Translations under genes and position numbers: made by a program
From: Phyllobates terribilis
Taxonomy: Eukaryota
Direction of reading: 5' to 3'
DNA: 64,000 nt
Assembly: GCF_046119375.1 (NCBI RefSeq)
Contig: NW_027362764.1
Span: 411,122,001 to 411,186,000, forward strand
Notes under the pieces: model-generated
The model's database searches: none
The model's input: the letters and a program-made list of their open reading frames with translations, nothing else
What the model was told of the DNA's origin: nothing
Part shown: positions 22,460 to 35,776 of the stretch, piece after piece
Position numbering within the stretch: the first letter of the stretch is position 1
Layout of the letters: every line of letters starts with the position of its first letter

Positions 22460-24400
22460 TGTCAGGGATGTCAGGAACGACACCGGGGAGATCACACAAT
22501 ATCCTACCTCTGCTGTCACTTTCTCCAATTTGTCAGAGATTCGCGCACACATGATCCCGATTACTCACTACGTTGCTATCGGCAAGCGAGCAATGAACGT
22601 TTGGCATACACACCTCGGAATTCCAACATATGGAATATGTGTATACACCTCTGTACGGTCACTGCCAGATTCACCATAGCCCAATTCCGATTATTCGCTG
22701 CCACCACTGATCAGTTTTAAAATATAATACAGGCCTGATCGAACGCCTGATTTCTGGTAGCGTAAGGCTTCGGGGTGGGCGCGATTACAGAACAAAAGAA
22801 ACAGGACTAATTAATTTTATATTTAATCCAAAAGGGAGGCAGTGTTTATGAAAAATATACAAAAGGTTATACAAAAGGAGACAATACAGTACAGAATATA
22901 TAGTTACACAAAATAATTGGGATTAAAGAAGAACTTACTATACAGATCACAGTAACGATTCAGTTTAGCTGGAGGGGAGGCACTCCAATTGATTTGACCT
23001 TTATCGAATGGAACCCCTTGCTTATAGAATATATACCTCCCGGCAATGAGTACAGATCAATCTTCAGCTAGATCTTTTATGCGGAAGGGGGGACCTGCCC
23101 ACACACTCCCCTGCAATGACCTCACGTGCGTGGTCTCTGCCCTTCATGGTTTAATTAAAATATATAACTTCTGCAATAGCTCCTCGCCAGGTGAATGCAG
23201 AAGTTCGCAAGTGATTCTGTGTCACCCAGGCCTGGATGCCACAAGTGTAATTAAAGCTGTGTCTGAGAGCAAGGGGGAGGTTCTCTGGTCAGGGGAACAT
23301 TAGCATGCAATGCCTCCTGTCTCAGGCCAGTAGGGGGAGCAGGCTGCTCCTATAAAAGCTGGTACTGGGGACAGGGTTAGAGAGAACTGGATTGCCTGTC
23401 TCAGCTTTGAGACGTGTTCCAGAGTGGAGCAGGGACAGAAAGTTGATTGCACCTAAGAGGAAGTGTGGCAGTAGGAGAGAGCCACCAGCCAGAGACAAGA
23501 GGCGAAGAGAGCCTGTCTTGGCAGATAAAGACTTATTTTACCAGACTTTGGTGTCTGAGGCTGGAAGGATTCTACATCCCCCAGCAGAGAACCAGTTTGC
23601 AAGGGACTGTACATTCCTTGGCCTAAGAAGCCTGGAGGCTCTGCCACAACCGAAGGGACCAGTAAAGCCGTACAAGGCTGGGAGCAGAAAGGAACCCACG
23701 TCGCAGGCCATACAGGCGAGAATACACGGAAAGCTCGGAAACGTGGGCTGTTATCCTATCAGGAGGAGATAGTCAGAAGGAGCGCAGAAAGCACGGTAGG
23801 CCTACACCCTCACCCTGACCAGGGCCAATTTCCCCGTTGCTCTCAGACATCCAGGTCCCCTCCTAGCTGGGACTGTTTGTGGGTCAGTTTACCTGTTTAG
23901 TAAAGACCCTGGACTGCAATCTGTTGTCTGTGTGCTCCTTGCTCCTCCAGCACTACCATCACTCCCACCATCCACTATACTGCCCTGGGGCCGCACTCTT
24001 CCCGTGGGGAGTCACACTACCATAGCTGCACACCTCATCAGCCCCAGCGGTCTGCATGCAGCGGCGGTTCCTATTAACCGCAATCCACGGGTGGCGTAGT
24101 CGGACATAATCAATATAACGGACTACCACTGGCCTGACCACCCTGAGCCACGGAACAGGGTTGCCACTACTACTCCCATCGTTTCCCCCTATTGCCCGGA
24201 TCCGAGTGCCCCACGGCCCAGGGGGCGAGTCAATTCCATATTTGTATTACGAATTTACCTTTCATTAGAGACTACACATGGCATAGCGGCAGTCCGTTAT
24301 TTTGGTACTTTTGCGCCACAGCTCACCGGAAGGGTTCACAGATCCGGAAAAATATGCGTATTGTTCCTTAGCTGACCCTGTCGCTAAAAATATGTGTCCC
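22460..24400. mobile_element. Unclassified LTR-like repeat hosting a nested solo LTR
   Basis: Starts TGTCAGG and has higher GC than its flanks; right boundary and TSD not resolved. Confidence 0.3.
23218..24232 (+). mobile_element. Solo LTR (Gypsy-type, 4-bp TSD)
   Basis: TG...CA ends; TSD ATTC (23214-23217, 24233-24236); TATAAAAG at ~23351; related to the inverted copy at 52234-53472. Confidence 0.82.
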
Positions 24401-24785
24401 ATTATTATCAGAAGTATAGAACTTCGGATATTCCATATTTAGTGTCGTGCCGGCAAGACTGCAGATTGAACATATGTGCAAATGGGGATTCCCTGTGGGT
24501 GAGAGAGAATTCTTTTGAAGCTAGGAGCAGCATTCCTCCTCACCCAGGTGTATATTTATCACAGGCCAGTGCTACTAGGACTCACATTTGTATGCTAATT
24601 GTAGTGGACAACTGAGCTTGCCACCTCTCCTGTGTATGGCGATTTGCATAGAAGCAGCTGGCCAGAGAGTCAGCTCTTCTCCTTTGACAAATGGTATAGA
24701 GGAGGGGGTAGGTGGTGAGAGAGGCTTCAGGATTAGACAGATATTTTCTTAATATTTTCTATAACAGGACACTATACATAATAAG

Positions 24786-27743
24786 TAGTGTTGAGCGATA
24801 CCTTCCGATATCAGGAAATATCGTATCGGATTGGATCGGACCGATACTCAAAAAGTATCGGATATCGTCAATTCCGATACCGGAAACCAATGCAAGTCAA
24901 TGGGACAGAAATATCGGAATGAAAATAAACCCTTTCTTTCCTTGTAGGTTAATTCTACATGAAGTAAAACAACTAAGAATAATGTAGAATGTATTATGCG
25001 AAAAGCCGGCAATTCATCAGCGCATACACCGGTACCCGACAATTTAGAACAGAAAGAATAGAGCTTCACACATAGATTAGATAGATAGAAACATGTCAGT
25101 CACATATATATGAAGTACAGTGACAGTGTTGCTTAATGTACTTGTCATTTAGTGCAAAGGATTTATTAAAAAAAATATTAGTGTTTTCGTGCACCGTCTC
25201 TTTAAAAAAGCCGGCCGGCAATTCAGCAGCGGTACCCGACAATTTATAACAAACAGAATAGAGCTTCACACATAGATTAGATAGATAGAAACATGTCAGT
25301 CACATATATATGAAGTACAGTGACAGTGTTGCTTACTGTACTTGTCATTTAGTGTAAAGGATTTATTTAAAAAAATAATAGTGTTTTAATGCACCGTCTC
25401 TTTAAGAAAGCTGGCCGGCAATTCAGCATCTGTACCCGACAATTTAGAATAGAAGGAATAGAGAATCATACATAGATTAGATAGATAGAAACATGTCAGT
25501 CACATATATATGAAGTACAGTGACAGTGTTGCTTACTGTACTTGTCATTTAGTGTTAAAATAAAGGATTTATTTAAAAAAAAATTGGCGTGGGGTTCCCC
25601 TTAATTTTAGTCTCTAGCAAAGGCTAAGCAGACGGCTGGGGCAGATGTTTGAAGCCTGGGAAGGGGGTAATACCCACGGAGCTTCCCAGGCTGCTAATAT
25701 CAGCCTCCAGCGGAATACTTAGCCTTTACTAGCTATTAAAATGGGGGACCCCCCCAAAAAAATGACGTGGGGTTCCCCCTAATTTAATAGCTAGCAAAGG
25801 CTAGGCAGACAGCTGGGGGCTGATATTAATAGCCCAGGAAGGGTGCCATGAATATTGGCCCCCTCCCAGGCTAGAAACACCAGCCGTCAGCCGCCCCAGA
25901 AATGGCGCATCCATAGGATGCGCCAATTCTGGCACTTAGCCTCGCTCTTCCACGCTGCCCTGGTGCGGTGGCAGGGGGTAATGGGGCTGGGGTTCATGTC
26001 AGCGCCAGCTGCCATGAAGCCCAGGTTAGTAATGATGGGCGTCTCTAAGACACCCCCATTACTAACCTACAAAGTGTTAAAAAGAAAACACACACTACAC
26101 CCAGAAAAAAATAATTTATTTGAAATAAAACACACCATTTTATTTAATTCTTAGTTTACTAAAAAAAAATAGTTACCTGTCCACGTTCCTGCGCTGATCT
26201 CCCATGCACAGCTGTCACATCTGGAGATGGTGACAGCTGTGCATGGCTGCTGTAAGCTCACACTGCCGGGAACACGTCCGCTCCCGGCAGCGGGAGCCAC
26301 TGACTGAGGTCACCGGAGTGCATTCAGGCAGCGCAGCTCCGGAGACTTCCTTTACGGCACTGCTGTACCGTGGGAATTTTTCACGATACAGCAGGGCCGT
26401 AAAGGAGCTGACCGGAGCAGCGCTGCCTGAACTCCGGCGAACCCGCTTATGCACTGACGGGGCTGCTTTACGGCCCCATCATTCTAGCGGCGGCAGCGGT
26501 TCAGAGCTGTCACATTCTATGTGGCTGCTCTAAACTGGAGATCATCGTGGGACACTCGTGGACTACTACGGAGGGGTAAGGATAAGGTTGTGGTTTATTA
26601 TTTTATATTTTATTACAGGAGATCGATGGCTTCGGGGAATTAGGTGTCTAGGTGAGTATAGGTGTAGTTTTTTATTTTTTACTTTATTTTAGGTGGCGAT
26701 CGGCGGGGACAGGTAATGTATGAACTAATTTATTGTAGGTAACCACTGGCCACCAATGACATGTATTTAAAATTTATTGGGGACACAGTAGGGCAATTTA
26801 AATAGCAGGATCAGGCTGATGGGAACTACTGCTCCCATCGAGCTGATCCTGCTGGCACGAGTGGACGGGGGACAGACATAGGCCGATGGGAGTAGTAGTG
26901 TCACATCGGCCTATGTCTGCCTGCACGCACACACCCCCAGACATCGCGCAGACATCGCACAGACACCGCACACACTCGCAGACATCGCACAGACACCGCA
27001 CACACCCGCAGACACCGCACAGACACCGCACACACCCACAGACACCTCACAGACACCCCACACACCGCGCACACCCGCACAGACACCCACACACACCAAT
27101 CATGACCGGTCTGGGAGGTGTGGCTGACCTGTGCGACCGTGGGAAATTTCATTTCAGTTCATGCAGTCAAGCATGAACTCACATGAACCCTCTCAGGGCA
27201 CCGCGGCGACTTCAAATGAACAGCTGATCGGCATCACCTGATACCTCAGCTGTTCATTTGAAATAACCGGCGGGAAAGCGCAGCACAGAACGGGAAAGCC
27301 GGCGGTGAAGTCTTTTCACTGCCGGCTTCCCCGCCCGGGTTCTTCGCTCCCCGCTCCTTGGTGCTGCGCTCCCCGCCCGGTCCTAACTTACGATCGGGAT
27401 GGGAGGTGGCGAGGGGAGCGGAGGATCGGGGTGGGAGGCTGCGGGGAAGCAGTATGGGGCTGTGTGATTGTTTAAACGCCGGCGGCTTTTTACCGCGCGC
27501 CGGCTTTTAAACAATCAGGAGAATTCTCCCACGCTGGGATGGCATTCTGATGACAGGCTGGATCTCAGCTGAGCGCTGCCATCCAGCTTGTCATCCTTCA
27601 GAGACACTGCAGAGCGCAGGCATTATGGGAACTTCCGATTCCGGTATTCGATATTGTAAAAGTATCGGAATTAAGTATCGGAATTCCGATACCGCGAATA
27701 TCGGCCGATACCCGATATTTCAGTATCGGAATGCTCAACACTA
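24786..27743. mobile_element. Non-autonomous hAT element (2.96 kb)
   Basis: TAGTGTTGAGC TIRs; perfect TSD ATAATAAG; CCGATA/TATCGG subterminal clusters; three ~200-bp tandem units at ~25010-25560; CA-rich repeat at 26930-27095. Confidence 0.92.
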
Positions 27744-27815
27744 ATAATAAGCCAAAATATGTTGAAGCAGAACTCCAGACATGTACATAATGCACCATAG
27801 AGGTTAGTCGCTTAA

Positions 27816-28200
27816 AGCACCACTCCAGTGTTTTTTTCTTATTTCACTGCTGGAGTTCTGCTTTAATTGTAAGTCCCCTTCCCCCTGTCTGACACCCACC
27901 TTTGACCCTGCTCCTGACGGTCTCTGGCAAAAAGTGACCTGATGGCAGCTCCAGTGTTTCATGGAGCTGCTCGGAGGTCACTTTAAAATACAAATCTATG
28001 AGAACATTGTCAGAAGCATAGTTGAACTGGATGCTACGGTCTAGAGTGAAGCAGGCCGTAGTAGATACATGTGACGGGAAGACGAAAAGAAAATGCACAG
28101 AGGACCAAATAACAGACTGCGAGACGAGAGGTGAGGTGAGTATGAATATTTTTTTTTACATCCTACATGTATTATGCTCTGGGTTCTGAGGAGACCCACA
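27816..28200. mobile_element. T2-type MITE fragment
   Basis: TTAA|AGCACCACTCCAG start; right end not resolved. Confidence 0.4.
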
Positions 28201-28602
28201 GCTTAATCAGGAACAGTCAATTCACATTGAATAATTTTGATGAAAATCAAATCTGACTGAAAAATGTGAGAGATTTGCCAAATTTGAATCTTGGCAAATT
28301 TAATTATCTATAGTATAAATTGCATTTTTTTAACTAGCTCACCTGGTTTGCTTTTTTGCAAGGTCAGTTACCTATCCTTCCTATTCTCCCAAATTAAATT
28401 TCAATGCATTTTCAATACTTAGCTAATTTTAGAAATTAAAGGCCTTTGCATCTTATCATTGTACAAAATAAGTTACTCCAATTACCCATCTATATAGGCC
28501 TATCACACTATTTTTACATATTCATATCCTACTGAAGTTAGATAAATGTCTCTTAAAAGGTTATTCCCAATTGGCAAGTTATATCCTATCCACAGGATAG
28601 GT

Positions 28603-29858
28603 CAAGGGTGGGGAACTGTTTTTCTGTCAAGGGCCATTTGGATATTTATACCATCTTTCGGGGGCCATACAGAATTATAAACTTGAAAATTATCCTGCTA
28701 TATTTGGTCAAACATTTAATGAACTCACCCCTAATTTAATGCATGGAGCTATTTCTCTTTGGTGCGGCTGTGATGTTAGGGGGTATGGATGATGTTGCTA
28801 CTACTAACTTTTCCAGATTTGCATCAGTCTGGAGCATAGGAGACTCTATGTAGTGATAAGTTTTGTAAAGAACTTGCAGCAGTAAGTCGTACAAAACACA
28901 GACGTATATTATACTGAATGTCTCCTCACAGTAGGAAATTCATCACTGCTCATGTAATATTTATAAGGCTCAAGCAGTGGGAGATCTGCAGTATATATAA
29001 CATAGGAGACACTGAGACTACTGTATATACATCACATAGGGGACACCAAAACTGCTGTATACACACCACACAGGAGATACAGAGAAAGCTGTATACATTA
29101 CATAGGAGACACCGAGACTGCCGTATACAGCACATGAGCAACTGAGACCGCTGTATATACATCCCATAGAAGACACAGAGACTGCTGTATTCACATTACA
29201 TCGGAAACACCGAGGCTGCTGTACATTCAACACATAGGAGACACCGAAACCACTGTACACACATCACATAGGAAACACCAAGACTACTGTGTATACATCA
29301 CATAGGAAACACTGAGATTGCTGTACACATAACATAGGAGACACATGGGGCTGCGGTATATATATCACATGAGACATGGAGCTGCGGTATATAGATCACA
29401 GGAGACATGGGGCTCGGGTATGTTCATCACAGCAGGAAACATGGGGCTGCAGATTAAACATCACAAAAGGAGATATGGGGCTGCAGATTATACATCACAG
29501 GAGACATGGGGCTGTGGATTATACATCACATGAGGAGTCATGGGGCTGCAGATTATACATCACAGAAGGCAACATGGAGGCTGCCGCTGTGGTCTTCGGT
29601 GGGACAGGAGCACATCGTGCAAACTCTGCCCACAAAGCATGTTTTGATGCTAGCACTGGCCAGGATGTAATCTTTATGTGTATGTGCTGCAGCGTTTAGT
29701 ATTGTGCTCGCACTCGCAGAGCAAGAAGAAATTCAAGGTCCGGCTGCCATAAATATGCAGCTGCCAACCCGAACCCTGCGGTTCCTGGGAATCTGCCCGG
29801 GGGGGCGGCGAAAAGGTCATCGAGGTATGGCCCTCGGGTCTGAGATTCCCCACCACTG
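28603..29858. mobile_element. Non-autonomous hAT element with internal minisatellite, inserted into a probable TTAA MITE
   Basis: CAAGGGTGGGG...CCCCACCACTG ends; perfect TSD GGATAGGT; ~31-32-bp repeats at 28985-29575. Confidence 0.88.
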
Positions 29859-31576
29859 GGATAGGTAATAGATTTTGTTGAACACTGGGGTCCCACCACT
29901 GGTACTTCAGCAATCCTAAGAAGGGGGCTCAGAATTGCAGCATTAATATGGAGCATTAGCCATGCATTTGCTGTACTCAGCTGTCTCCGGCAATCCCATA
30001 GAAAATTAATATAGTGTTGGAGTGCATGCATAGTTATCACTCCTTTCTAAAGGGGAAATTTCAGAGTATTTGATGCAACTTAATGGAAGCTGAAGCAGAT
30101 GGAAAGCTCCAACACCCACATCTATAGGGGAAGTGGTAGACGGGAGAAGAAAATATATTATATTGCTGAACAGAGATGCAATTTCCTGTATAAGCACATC
30201 CAAAATACAACTAAACTTTGCGCACCTAATTTCTTTATAAAAAAACAGTATCAGAAAACAATCTGCTTTGATTAAAGTAATGTCTGCACTTTTATAAAAA
30301 AATTCATGAAAGAATCTAGATTTAAAATGAAAAGAAATTGACATCACATATCTCTAGGGTTTCTTGACCAACAAGCTTTTCAACAACAACACTGGTCAAC
30401 ATGTTGAATATAAAAAAAACCTATCCATTGACAAAAGATTTTATGTACATCGTGAATGAAATCAAATGCATGTCTGTCAAGTAGACATTATTTTCTCATT
30501 CTCCCCCCAAAAAAACAGCTTGAGAGTTATTCTGATAAAATATGCTGTTACCATGGAGGGCTAGGTGTCATCTAGTAACGCCGCTGATGTACTTGAAATG
30601 TGCCTACCGTGCACTAATGATATCACTGAGAACAGATGCACGGCTGGGAAATGAGAGGGAACAGGAGAATTTTTACCATGCATGCAGCATCTGCAATTTC
30701 CTTCTCGTCAAAGCAGTAACAGTTGTGGCTGATGGAGGATTTTCATCTGAAAAGCACAATCATTGTGCCAATCTGGGGTAGGCAGAGGAGGGAAGAAATA
30801 GAACCACCAGGGAAATTTAGAAGATGAAATATGTTATTTTCCTTCTTCTAGATGCATAACGTACCTTTAGCTCCAAAGGCTGGATAAAAATACATCAGAG
30901 GAATTAACATCTAAGCATTGCCTTTTGGTGCCGTTCAATACAGTTGTGCAATTACAAAAATGATTTTCTTTAAGGATTTAACAGAGGACTGAAATAATTT
31001 GATACGAGAGAGACGTAAATAACGCAATCATCTCAGAAAGGAATATAACTTATTGGACCTAATATCTGTATTTTAGAACTTTAATTGGAAATATGTTCAT
31101 GAAAGACATAAAATTCCTATTATAACCCGAGATTCATCCAATACATGCATATTTCTGGTGCCTTGAAAAATAGCTAAATATGGTTTAGCTATTCTCTTTT
31201 GATCAGTCTTTAAGACCGACAATATCCTTTATGTCCACAAGGTGGTGGAAGTCAGTAAAGAAAGGAGCAAGTAGAAGATTTGATTTTGTTTACTAGTTAT
31301 TGGCGTCTCTTGTTCCTTTGTGACACCTCTGCTAATTTACACAAAAGTGTGAAGTATGCTAATTATTTAATAGCTTTTTAAAACTTTAAGCTGAAATAAA
31401 AAAAAATAACTTTTTTTTCCAAAAGGCAGTGCAAGAACAGTTTGTGAATGTTTGATGAGATGAGGAAAGAGAATTGTTAAATCTACACAGCCACTAATGA
31501 CATTTCTTAGATATTTCTCTTTGGGAAGCAGATGTTGCAGTGTCAATCACTTGACGTTCCATACTGTTCCTATTAA

Positions 31577-32038
31577 AGAAGCACTCCAATCAATGTTTTA
31601 TCCTCTTAATATATTGCAGTCATCATATTATATAGCACTTTATTCTTACAATTGCTAATTTTGCCTTTCTACCCAGCTAATTCTTTGTGTTTCCATTAGG
31701 TCTATGACATCACCTGACTAAAAACTGACTAGCTGAATCATTTTAAGCTCTATGTAGAAACAGGAAGTCTTTTTTCCCCCTCTTCAACTCTGCTCCTCCC
31801 CTCCGCCAGGGGCCCTTCCAGTGATGACTCATGCAGGGAAAATCGACCTCCTGTTTTAACATAGAGCTTAGAAGGATTGAGCTGCTCTGTTTTTAATCAT
31901 GTGATGCCATAAACCTAATGGAAAAGAGAAGAATTAGTTGGGCAGAAAGGCAAAATGAACAATTGTAAGTGCACAGTGCTGTATAATATGATGACTGCAA
32001 TATATTAAGAGGATGAAAAATTTGAAAGGAGGGCTTCG
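31577..32038. mobile_element. Palindromic T2/Kolobok-type MITE
   Basis: TTAA|AGAAGCACTCC...GGAGGGCTTCG|TTAA; inverted blocks such as TCCTCTTAATATATTGCAGTCATCATATTATA / TATAATATGATGACTGCAATATATTAAGAGGA. Confidence 0.82.
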
Positions 32039-32894
32039 TTAAACTCAAAAAGCTACTTTAAACATAGCACCAACTGCAGCTCCTATAGTCTTACCATGTC
32101 TTTTCCATGTCAATTGCATAACATAGTAAAAAAATTTAATGCAAAAACCTGATTTACACAATATAATATCTGTTCTTTTACTGGACACATGGACTCAATA
32201 TTGCAGCCCCAAATGCATATTTGAACAGAGCCTAAGCCAACAATTATCCCTTGTTTACAATAGGAACACTAAGAACGGGAACCTAAAAGGGTATGACATC
32301 AAGAACTTCTGGCCAAAAGTTACCGAACTTTACATGAGGGTCATCACATCGCAAATCATCGTCTCACTGCAGTAAATATTATTCAAATTCTAATTTTATT
32401 ACATTGTGTTATGTGAATCCAAAATTCTTTTTTTATTTTGTCTCAGCCACCATAACATTTTTTTAGCTTCACACATGACTGTAATTTATTGTGTGCATAA
32501 GGCAGTCAAACATGCCATGCCCATTCATGCATGCTAGATATGCAGCTGAGCATCAATTCCCCAGATGAATGTGTTTCCATACTAAGTTAATCAAAGTAAA
32601 TGTCGTGCTGGAAATCTATTTAAGCTTTCCAACACAAATTTCTGCACTAAATCATATATCACTTGGTTGCTGTGTTATTATCTGCCAACTAAATTATTAA
32701 TCTTAATAAATAGCTTTCAACAAGTTGATGTCCATTTTGCCAGGAATACAACTTTTAAAAATAATTTATCCATCTAAATCCTTTTAATTATTATAAGCTT
32801 AGTGTAAAATTATTTAACACTTTTCATTATTCCATAATCTTTCAAAATTACCAATAATGATAATAATGACCATGTTTATTAATATTATTATTAA

Positions 32895-33410
32895 CCCTTT
32901 TGTGCAACCACAGATACATGTACTGTATGTCGTGGTGAAGTGTTATTTACTGTAAGGATAGAGCTGGGCCATGCCATTCGCAATGGAAGCTGACTATTCC
33001 ATACAGCTGTTATCCCACTGACAGAGTGTGAATCGCAGCTATTTGTAAGCCTGGCTGTTTAACTCTTTACACTGACTGTGTATTTAATAAGTTTGACTGA
33101 GGGAAAGTACTTTCTCTGTAAGCCCATCTGAACCCTTCAGCACGATCATGGAGTGCCGCTGAATTGCCATGTCAGTCAGAGGCCTAGCTATGACTTCAGG
33201 GTCTGCCATATCTTTCAGCCTCTCAGATCCTGCTGGAGGCAGGGCCTGACAGTTTACCTGTCAATCAAACACTGGAGGTTAGATAATGCACTGTACTACA
33301 TATTAGGTTCCGTGTATTATCAATGTGATGAAAGTAAAGCATGTTCAAGTCCACTTGTGGGGCTAATCAGTATTGTGAAGAAAAAAAAATGTTTTAAATG
33401 CATAAAAACT
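32895..33410. mobile_element. piggyBac-like non-autonomous element fragment
   Basis: TTAA|CCC start followed by ACATGTACTGT, like the element at 63421; no right end found. Confidence 0.4.
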
Positions 33411-33599
33411 TAAAAGAAATCCTCAAACCCCAACTCAAAAAAATGCAGAAAAGGAGAACATGGAGTCCATGCTACTAAATACAGAAATAGTTTATTTAGA
33501 CAAATAGTTCAAAACAAATATCACACATAATATGGGCAACAGTGAAGAATAAATCCAGTATCAGGGCCAGAAACGCCATCAATCACAATAAAAAAAACG

Positions 33600-35775
33600 A
33601 GGCTGTAATCTATAGCATAGTGCAAGTATGTTTCCCCAATCAATCCTTCCGGGGTCAACTAGATTTCCCCCATTGTTGATATGCCCAACAGTGGAGATTT
33701 TTGTCAGGCTGGTATTAGAAGACTTCCGTAAAATTCTAACTAGATGTAGATTTGATAATTTAATATCAGGGCAACGTAGGGCCTTACAGGAACTACAAAC
33801 ATATGATGACATTGTAAATAAGCCGGCCGACAAAAGGAGAAATATAGTACTTTGGCCTAAACACCTGTATGAGAGGGAGGCTTTTAGACACCTCAAAGAT
33901 AAAAAAAATCGTAAATTGGAGCATAGTCCGTTAGCTGCATTCTCAACAGAATTGGAGATAATTTTATTTCAGGCACTAGAGAATGGAATTATCCCCCAAA
34001 GAATATTTGATGGTCTTCTGACAAAGTTCCCAAAAATCCCATCTATGTACTTTATACCAAAAATTCACAAAAATCCCACAGAACCGCCAGGGCATCCAAT
34101 TGTGTCCGGAATTGAGGATTTGTGCGACCCCATTTGTAAATTAATTGATTACTATTTAAAACCTATTGTGGAGGCACTGCCCTCATATGTGCGGGACACA
34201 AAGGACGACCAGGCTAGAGTCAATGATATGGGATTAAAGAGGGATATGCTTCTGGTTACCACAGACATAGAATCATTATACACATGTATTTGCCAACAAG
34301 ATGGCCTGGAAGCATGATATTTCTTCCTTAAAAGTAGTAGTTGGGATGATCATATCAGTGATCTGGTTCAGGAGCATCTGACATACATCCTAACACACAA
34401 TTTTTTTGTGTTTAGAGATGTATTCTATTTACAGCTGTGCGGCACTGCCATGGGTACTGCTTGTGCGCCTTCCTTTGCCAACCTCTTGTTAGATTTATGG
34501 GACAGGGAGGTTTTTGGTGGGGAGGGTGCCCAGGCTGCTGACCATGTGCAGTGTTGGCTACCTCATATTGACAACGAGTTTATAGTGTGGCTGGTTACCC
34601 ATCTGCAGATGCAGGAGTTTATGGGCCAATTAAGTCAGAATAGATTTACTATCAAACTAACCTATGTTTTCAGTGAATCTGAGGTGGACTTTTTGCACAT
34701 TAAAATTGAAGTGGACCCCATCGGCAATTGCAGACGGATGTCTACAGAAAGCCCACCTCAGTGAACTCACTCCTGCACGTCAGCTCGAGTCACCTGTATG
34801 CAACAATTAAGGCTTTCCAGTAGGCCAATACTTAAAGGGGTTGTCCTGTCAAAAGTGATAAGTCTGCAGTCACTCTGTGTGACTGCAGACTTATGAATCC
34901 CTCCAGCACACACACTGTGTGCTGTGGGGATTCGTCGGTTTCAGACCTGGGACCGAAGGGTATGTATAAGTTATACATACTCCCGGCCAGTGGGCTTGGC
35001 TTCGCTCTCCATAAACTTGTATTGAACAAGGCCGCGTCTTCTAATCAGACGCGCCCACTGGCCATCCGCATCGCTAGAAGGGGCATGGCCTAGCTCCATA
35101 CAAGTGTATGGAGTGAGGTGGCGCCGACTGACTGGGGGTATGTATAACTCTTACAAAGCCTCTGATCCCGGGTCTGAAACTGACGAATTCCCAGCAGTCC
35201 ACAATGCATATGCTGTGGGGATTTATAAGTCATCACAGAGTGACTGCAGACTTATTACTTTTGCCCGGAAAACCCCTTTAAGGATGCGGCATATCGGCTC
35301 CTCTGTCTCAAAATTTGAGGCACAATCAACTGATCTGGGGGAAAGATTTCAGGCTAGAGGGTATAGCAACCGGTATATAAAGCAGGAATATAATAGAGGA
35401 AAAAAAAGCAATAGAGATACATTGCTATGCCTGTTACCCAAGGTCTAGCAATACCAAAACAAAATGTGATTCATCTCAACTTACAATGGTGAGTGGAGTA
35501 CAATGAGGGAATGTCTTAAATGATATTGGAATATTTTAAAAACAGAACACAGTTTATCAAAACATCTGCCGGACCAGCAAGGGATGATTGTGAGGAGAAG
35601 CAAAAACTTGGGGGATCTCCTAACTCAAAGTCATTATGTCCCTATATATAAGAACTCTTTTGGTTCTTGAGGTCCCTTACAAGGATGCTTCCTGTGTGGC
35701 AATTGCATATCATGCAAAAATATTTGCCGCACTTCATCGTTTGAGTCAGCCATCAGACATCATATTACGTATACT
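33600..35775 (+). pseudogene. Penelope-like retroelement RT remnant with the start of a GIY-YIG region
   Basis: KPADK..., YFIPKIHKNPTEPPGHPIVSG, LVTTDIESLYT, FYLQLCGTAMGTACAPSFANL and PVGQYLRMRHI motifs; CFLCGNCISCK near 35690; many stops and frameshifts. Confidence 0.88.
34836..35277. mobile_element. T2/Kolobok-type MITE inserted in the Penelope ORF
   Basis: TTAA|AGGGG...CCCCT|TTAA; palindromic; its removal rejoins the codons PVGQYL-RMRHI. Confidence 0.88.
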
Positions 35776-35776
35776 A

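Noticed and set aside
33535-33585. Possible hammerhead core (GTGAAGA...GAAACGC) upstream of the Penelope RT
   Set aside because: The first core base is wrong and no convincing stems are present.
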